Source of the DNA: Takakia lepidozioides
Taxonomy: Eukaryota > Plantae > Bryophyta
Length of the DNA stretch: 64,000 bases
Assembly (NCBI GenBank): GCA_030704615.1
Contig: CM060731.1
Location: 49,972,001-50,036,000 of the forward strand
Reading direction: 5' to 3'
Part shown: piece after piece, positions 57,413 to 64,000 of the stretch
Numbering within the stretch: the first letter of the stretch is position 1
How the letters are laid out: every line of letters starts with the position of its first letter
Notes under the pieces: generated by a model
Seen by the model: the letters and a program-made list of their open reading frames with translations, nothing else
Told to the model about the DNA's origin: nothing
Databases searched by the model: none
Program-made: the position numbers and the translations under genes

Positions 57413-57434
57413 TCCCCCCGACAGGACTTCGCCA
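57413..57434 (-). promoter_or_regulatory. Putative primer binding site TGGCGAAGTCCTGTCGGGGGGA
   Basis: TGG-starting GC-rich motif at the point where element-like sequence ends. Cognate tRNA not identified. Confidence 0.4.
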
Positions 57435-58363
57435 GTGAGATTCATAGTCCCTTGGGAGGCATTGAACGGTCTTTAACCAGCCAAGGGATAGATCCGGCAC
57501 GGACTGTCAACTCAGCCTCTTCAGTGCAGGTGATTAGAGGATCTGTTGTTGCTGTCATGGAGGTGACAAATGAGACTCAAGGAGCAGATGGAGTAAATGG
57601 AAACACTGCCAAAATACTGGCTGCTGTAGTGACTTCCAATAGGCGACCAGCTGTGTCAGACTCCGAAGATGATGATTCAATCTCATGGTCAAGTTCAGGC
57701 AGCGAGGAGCATAACCGGAAAGAAAGAAGAAGTATCACAGATGAAGGAAAAGAACAGGTGAGTGTATCACGAGCATCTGCAGATGGCGTGGTTATGGACT
57801 CTCACCATCAGTTTGACCATTCTGGAAGTTCTGGGAGTTCTCTAAGGGATGCAGAGCTCCACTCTCAAGTGCCTGTGGCAGACACTGTATCAGAAGTGTA
57901 TTCATCTCCCAGCATAAACACACAGGGCTTTCTTGCTGGCGACATAGCTCCTGTTCCTCTACTCATAACTGAGACTGTCCGTTTTTCAAGTGCTGATAGT
58001 GGTCGTAGGGGGCGATTGGCAGGGGCTGCCGAACTGGGCATTAAGGAACTCTTCACATACTGTACAGATTGCGAAATGGTGCCAGCCACTTTGTTCATAA
58101 CGCCTTCCCCTTGCTGAGGCCTTGAAGTAGAAGTTGAATCAGTTGGGCTGCCTGTCAATTGACCCACTTGCTCCTTGAAGGCGTCCTTGGCCAACACTGC
58201 AGACTGCGTAAGGCTATCGCCTCGTTTCCCTTCGCTGATCAACCATCTCTCGCACTCATCTTCGCCAATTCTGTTGTACAAATTTGTGGTACACCACACT
58301 AGGCCTTCTTTGCGCACAAGCTTGCCATTGTTGGGATTTTAAGAGCAACCCACCTCGCACAAA

Positions 58364-58750
58364 ATGGCCGAAAATTTCCAAGATGCGTCATCCGAGACAC
58401 TCGAGGAGGCCGGTGACGCTGTGCAGCCTGTCAACGAGCAGCTCGGCCATTTGAAGCGAGGACAATGTGAAAACCGCAGCCGATGCGACACCGCTAACCA
58501 GGCTTTGGAGTCTTCCGGAGATGGAACCCGGAGCAGCATACACGAGGCACAAGGTGCTGCACTGCCAGCGGAAGACCAAGTCTCACAGAAGCTGAGCTTG
58601 GCGAAGGAGAAAGCCGGGGCCGGCATTCACGAGTTGAAGGCTGCTGCCCATAAACGTGCTCATGACCGTGTGGGAGGCCGTGCCTAGGAGGGCAAAGGAG
58701 CTCTGGAGCAAGGCTTGGCGACTGTGCAAGATGCACTGACGAAAGGGGCT
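58364..58750 (+). pseudogene. LEA-like hydrophilic protein fragment
   Basis: Ala/Glu/Lys/Gln-rich helical repeats (SQKLSLAKEKAGAGIHELKAAA) with an internal stop. Compositional evidence only. Confidence 0.35.
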
Positions 58751-59055
58751 ACTGCCGTTTCAGAACGACTAGCATAGGTAAAAGACTCGGCCACCGACAA
58801 CACTGGTGAAGGAAACTACACTGTAAAAACAGTAGACCACCAAACGGGGGCCGAGACACATGACAAGCCAGGGCTGGTGCGTGATGTCCCTATTGACGTT
58901 GCGCATGAAAACGCAGACCAAAAGCCAACCACCCTTCTCCAGTCTTTTACTGGTGTCATCTCCCAAACCACCTTGTCTGTCAAAGGGGCTTTCACCTCCA
59001 GCAATAGTCTTCCCTTCCTCAGCTGCCTTGATAGCCTGAACAGCTTGAATAGCTA

Positions 59056-59193
<138 letters not shown>

Positions 59194-59339
59194 TCAAACT
59201 CACGCGCAGAGACGACAACTAAATCTGCGCGCACAGCCCATGACAACAGCAGGGCCAGAGGGACTCCTGCCCCAAAATATATATTATAATAGTGCTAAAA
59301 CAAACATTGTATCTAGCTTAGCACCAGCACACTAGATAA

Positions 59340-60780
59340 CGGTCATCTCTCTCGAGTGATAAACAAGCTAAAGACACACACTCTCCACACAAGAAACAAC
59401 ATGAATCCATCGCTATCACTCTTAAAAACAGAAGTCGAGCCAGGGGCACCCCAAGCTATGGGGACTCCACCCCACAACAACCTACACTCCCATCATAAGC
59501 ACTCTCAGTCCTAAACGATGCAGGAGCTCGGTCGCGCAGGCTCAACTCGAGAGAGATGAGCTGCGCGACTGCCGCTCTCGTGAAGATAAGACGGGTCAGG
59601 TGTCAAACTAAACTTGACACCTGATTTAACACTTGACCTAAATCCAAATGTTAAATACAAACAACTAGCTTTATTCTAGCTAGTTTCACACTGTGCTTAT
59701 TTAACTTGACATGGTATTGACATTTCAACATACCAACCTCATACAAGTATTGGAATTTAGTCAGTCTGCACTATTTACATGATCCTAAGTATTTGTACTA
59801 TTCATGAATGCACATAGTAGGACATATCAAAGATGGTATAAATCTAGAGTCCAAAGTTCATCTCAAATCTGATATCAATTTGGCATTTCCCGGGAACCTT
59901 ATATCCGTTTGGTCCAATATCTATATATGTAATCTTAAGATTGTGAAGAAAATCAAAGATTTTTTCTCACACATTAGTACGTACTAAGATGAATAATTTA
60001 TATAGAAAATAACAAAGCAGTGAGTTATTGCAGTGGTAATGCAATTGATGCATCTTGCTATATATGCGTACTACATGGTCATACCACTAACAAGCGAGAA
60101 AAACTTTGTCACAAAGGTATGAATATGTGTCACTGCAAGAGAGAACACTCAGGTAGGATAGACAGCAATGTCGTTTTGAGTGGAGGCGGTAGGCGAGCCA
60201 AGTTATCGACATTAATTTTTGAATCCGAGACCAATTGGATAAGGTTTGACCTACCGGCGTGTATTGTTGAGAACCAGTCACAACCATATATATCATACCA
60301 ACAGTGGTCGCAACTGATTGATAAATATTCATCATAATAAACTACAACGCTCGAGAAGTCGCACATCACATCATAATTCTGAAACTAGCTAACTAGCTAG
60401 AGTTTATCTAGTTATTTATATTTTAATATTTGTGATTTGTTTAAACGTCAAATCACGTCTCAAATTATCTTGACACCTGGAAGGTCTTATTTTCACGCTT
60501 CTGGTCGTGAACCTCATCTCTCTCAAGTGATAAAACACCTACTCATACAAACTACTCATAAAATTCTATCACTCATATAATATGTCAAGGTTGGGCACCC
60601 CAAGCTATGGGAATCCGCCGCACAATAACACATGTCATCTCTCCATAAATACATTTAAACATAACACACAGAGAACTCGGTCACAAAAGCTCAATTAAAA
60701 AAAAATTAGTCTCGCAAACACAAACACAAACACAAAGGGATGTAAGACCTTAGTTTGATACCTGATTTAGTATGTCAAAT
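59340..60780. repeat. Composite direct/inverted repeat structure
   Basis: 59343-59625 is repeated (diverged) at 60516-60770 (tcatctctctc.agtgataaa...gggcaccccaagctatggg). 59546-59610 is inverted at ~60465-60530. Confidence 0.6.
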
Positions 60781-60792
60781 CATGTAGACGAT

Positions 60793-61114
60793 ACGTGTCA
60801 CATCCGGGGGCTCACACGTTTCATGGAGACGCCTCTCCATGTAGGCACTTTGCTCTAGTGATGCAGTCGTACCTCAGTCATAACATTCAATCCTGTAGTC
60901 ATATATTTATGACTACATCACGAAACCCTCCATCACTAAGCGTCGATGGCAAGTGTCACGTCCTTAGTGATGACCATGACTTCGCACTTATCACTCCGTA
61001 GTGATGGTAGAATTGACATAGTTTTTTTCACTGCAGAGTGAGGTAGCCATAAAAGCATTTGTCATTGCAAATGCAGTGATATCCGTAGTCATAAAACGTT
61101 GATCTATAGTAGTT
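60793..61114 (+). mobile_element. Degenerate right end of a CACTA related to 8817-13846
   Basis: acgtgtcacatccgg...gacgcctctcca...ttttttcactgca.agtga...gtcataaaacgttgatctatagtagt aligns to 13546-13846. Confidence 0.75.
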
Positions 61115-63019
61115 TCAAGTATTAAAATATAAATAAATAAGTATATTCTAATTTTGACAGACTTTTATGACTATAATGTGTTTGTGTGTGGGTTGGATAG
61201 CGATGTAGTTGTGTAGTCATACGACATCATTGTAGTTGTATATGGTTTTGTGACCTTTGGCCATCACAAACTGGGTTTGTAGGCGGGGTGGGTGAGATCC
61301 CATTTGCAGTGGTAGGGGCGTTGCAAATCCCCTCTGTGATATATTAGTGGGTGTATAACTACTGTCACACCTAAATGAACATCTCAAACATGATATGTAT
61401 TATTGTTTTGCTTACGAATGACGCATCGTCTTTCATCTCTCTTGCTCATTCTTGCGATCAATTTTGCTACATGATTGTTTGTGTTAGATGTACAATATAT
61501 ATGTTTCATTTTGATCTTGTGGTAAACAAGTGCATAATATACATGCCAGCCCTGCCCTATGTTGGGAATGATTGTGTATTTCATTACACTTATAATAACT
61601 TTTCGATGGGCAGTGTACAACAATATATGAACAAATCAATAAACGCATTCAATAGGTGTAAATCATTTTTGAGGTCTTGAAACTTTTGCCACTTCAGAGA
61701 CCAAATACAAACTTTTGCTTTGAATCTCCTTGGTGATTGCTCATGGCTGATGGTTGATTATTTATAGTTGATGACAAATATATAAAAATACAAATGTACG
61801 AGTCAAAAGTACTTTGCATTTTGCCTAGAAATTGTGACGGCTAAATTTTGCTATAATCACAGTCATCTATGGGGTCATCAACGTGACCTGTCAAGCAACA
61901 ATTCAAATTATTCAAGTCCCACCAATGAATCAGCTCCACTTGCAATTTGAGGGAGATTCTTGACGCAATGTCTCCACGACAATACATGCAACCATCCACA
62001 ATCTTGCCTATCAAGCCAATTTTGCTACCAAGTTAATATTGACGTGAAATCACAAAGTGCACGTCCAGGCCATTTGAGGGAGAACCTTGACGTTGTATCT
62101 CGATGATCTACAGTTACGGTCTTGCTTGTCAAAGTATTCTTGTTGCTGTGGTAAACTCCTTCCATCAAAGAGAGCCGAGGATATGTAGAATCATTTTTTC
62201 CTTAAAGGCGTATTATTGGTCATGGTGTCAGGGCCTTAATATCAATGAAGTATAAATTTGCAGTAACCAAACAAAGACATTCACATGTGCAGATTTGAAG
62301 CTGCCACCGAACATTACAAGTCAAATATTGTGATGCAGACTATGGCAAGAAGTGCATACCATAAATCTAAGCTTTACTCTCTACTGTATTATTGGTTTTT
62401 CACTAAGACTCAGCTGTATTTTATGCTCCATTGGAAGCTGGACAAAGGATAAATTCAATCTTGTGATTCCCCTTTGACAAAGTTAGAGTACTCTGTTCAA
62501 TTCTGATCAGTATTTGGTCTTGCACAATATATTTTTGTCATTGAACATGTTGTGTTGATGGAACCAGAACTACATAACAGACTCTATTTTTGAATTGTGA
62601 ATCATATAGGGTCCCTGCACAATGTGATGTAAGACTAAGTTCTCCACCAATGGGATATTCCCTTTTACGGGACTTGGGTACGACAAGGGGAAATAATACG
62701 TAGAGAAAACCTGCATAGTTGCATAGAATACCCAAGAAACCCAATTTTATGCTATTTATACCTAACTAGAATGGATAGGATAGAACTGACTGGTTTATGG
62801 ATTTTTCTCTCAAATTAGGATTCTATCTAGAATTACAATTGAGAAAAGGGTTGCGCCACCCCGTTTGCGGGGCTCCACCTAGTGAGCGTCACCGCCTCCT
62901 TGAGTGCCTTCGGCACTAAAGGGTGCTTCAGCCCCCTTTCCTATTTGCTGTCACTGCCCCCACCACAGGGGCAGTCCCTCTTGTGTCCCGACCCCCCGCC
63001 CTCAAGGCAAAGGGCCGCG

Positions 63020-63240
63020 ACAAATACGGAGAGATGGTATCTCCAACTCGATAGGCAAAATCGCCTCCTGTCCATAAACAAGTTGAAACGGCGTGAAGCC
63101 TGTGGTAACTTTAAATGCAGTCCGATAGGCCCATAGTGCAGAGAAGAGTTTCATATCCCAATCGCTACCAGCTCCGGAAATAGTTTTAGTCAAAATTCCA
63201 CATAATAGTCCATTGGTCTTCTCAGTCTGTCCGTGAGCGC
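63020..63240 (-). pseudogene. Isolated gypsy integrase fragment
   Basis: HGQTEKTNGLLCGILTK...WDMKLFSALWAYRTAFKVTTGFTPFQLVYGQEAILPIE. Confidence 0.85.
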
Positions 63241-64000
63241 GGGGGTTATCGGTAGCAGCTTCGCTTCCACCTGAATTCATTCTCGAAATGATTTGATGTT
63301 CTCTTGACATGTCCATGACAGTGCTGGACCTAGTTGCATAACCTCGAAAATGCCACGTGCGCTCTTCCATTGGACAACCTGACCGTTGGCCACCGAATCT
63401 GACGATATCGTGCGACGACCGCGGTCAGCAAATGAGCAGTAGATGTGGTGGGAGAGAGAGATGATTAGTTTAAGTGGGACGGGGGCTTAAAGAGCCTTGC
63501 GGTGCTGCTGGGGACGCGGAAAAGCAGCCGAAAAAGAAGCGCGCGTCATTTTGAAGTTGGCGCCCTTCTTTCTTGCACTGCTGGTCATGCTATAAGAGAA
63601 ATGACACTAGTTTTTCTTCGACTTTTCAATGTCTTCTAATTATAGGGTATTCCTGAAATACAACCATTGATTAGCACTAATATTGTGAGCATTTGCTACC
63701 ATAAATTTAGAATTTACAGTCAAATCTTTCAAGACCAACAAAGAATCAGATCTTGAAGAAAAATTGGCATTAGAGAAAAATACTTGAAAACGTAATCCAC
63801 CATGAAATGAATGGTGGTAACTAGTTTTGACACATAGTTATATTGTTTTTATGGCACAAACCCTGATTCATGAAGGAAATTTCTTGACCATGTTTTTAAA
63901 TTATGCCATGACATCTGATTTGCTCTTCCATTTCTCCTAGTGCTATAAAATATTCCATGAATCTATCTTCTCATCCCAACGTGCCAAAATGTGCACAATA

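Larger units (their letters stand above)
48204..57434 (-). mobile_element. Ty3/gypsy retrotransposon encoding a DNMT3-like methyltransferase and a PHD finger
   Basis: Order on - strand: putative PBS, extra ORF, gag, PR-DNMT, RT-RNaseH-INT, PHD, PPT gggggcgat, putative short LTR TGTGG..CAACA (48300-48204). Matching 5' LTR and TSD not found, so the ends are uncertain. Confidence 0.88.

Overview
Repeat-dense eukaryotic nuclear DNA, most likely from a non-seed land plant (PLS-class PPR fragments, bryophyte/algal-type LTR lineages, an rpoC1-like fragment). The organism is an inference. Only one apparently intact host gene is visible, a two-exon PLAC8/FW2.2-CNR family gene at 45684-47000 (-). The rest is nested transposons. 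(i) A truncated Ty1/copia at 211-1782. (ii) A full-length copia at 4543-14760 with non-canonical TT...AA LTR ends and a half-tRNA primer site, interrupted by a 5-kb non-autonomous Pack-CACTA (8817-13846) carrying PPR fragments. (iii) A Helitron-like RepHel element with a C-terminal Ulp1-like protease, split by a 12.5-kb Ty3/gypsy (20502-33007, TSD AACAT) whose RT-RNaseH-integrase block is internally inverted. (iv) A solo LTR, a LINE remnant, a tRNA-derived SINE and a tiny rpoC1-like insert. (v) The headline: a Ty3/gypsy element (~48204-57434, -) encoding a DNMT3-like C5-cytosine methyltransferase between protease and RT, plus a PHD finger after the integrase, i.e. a retrotransposon carrying its own chromatin writer and reader. 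Coordinates were read by eye and may be off by a few bases.
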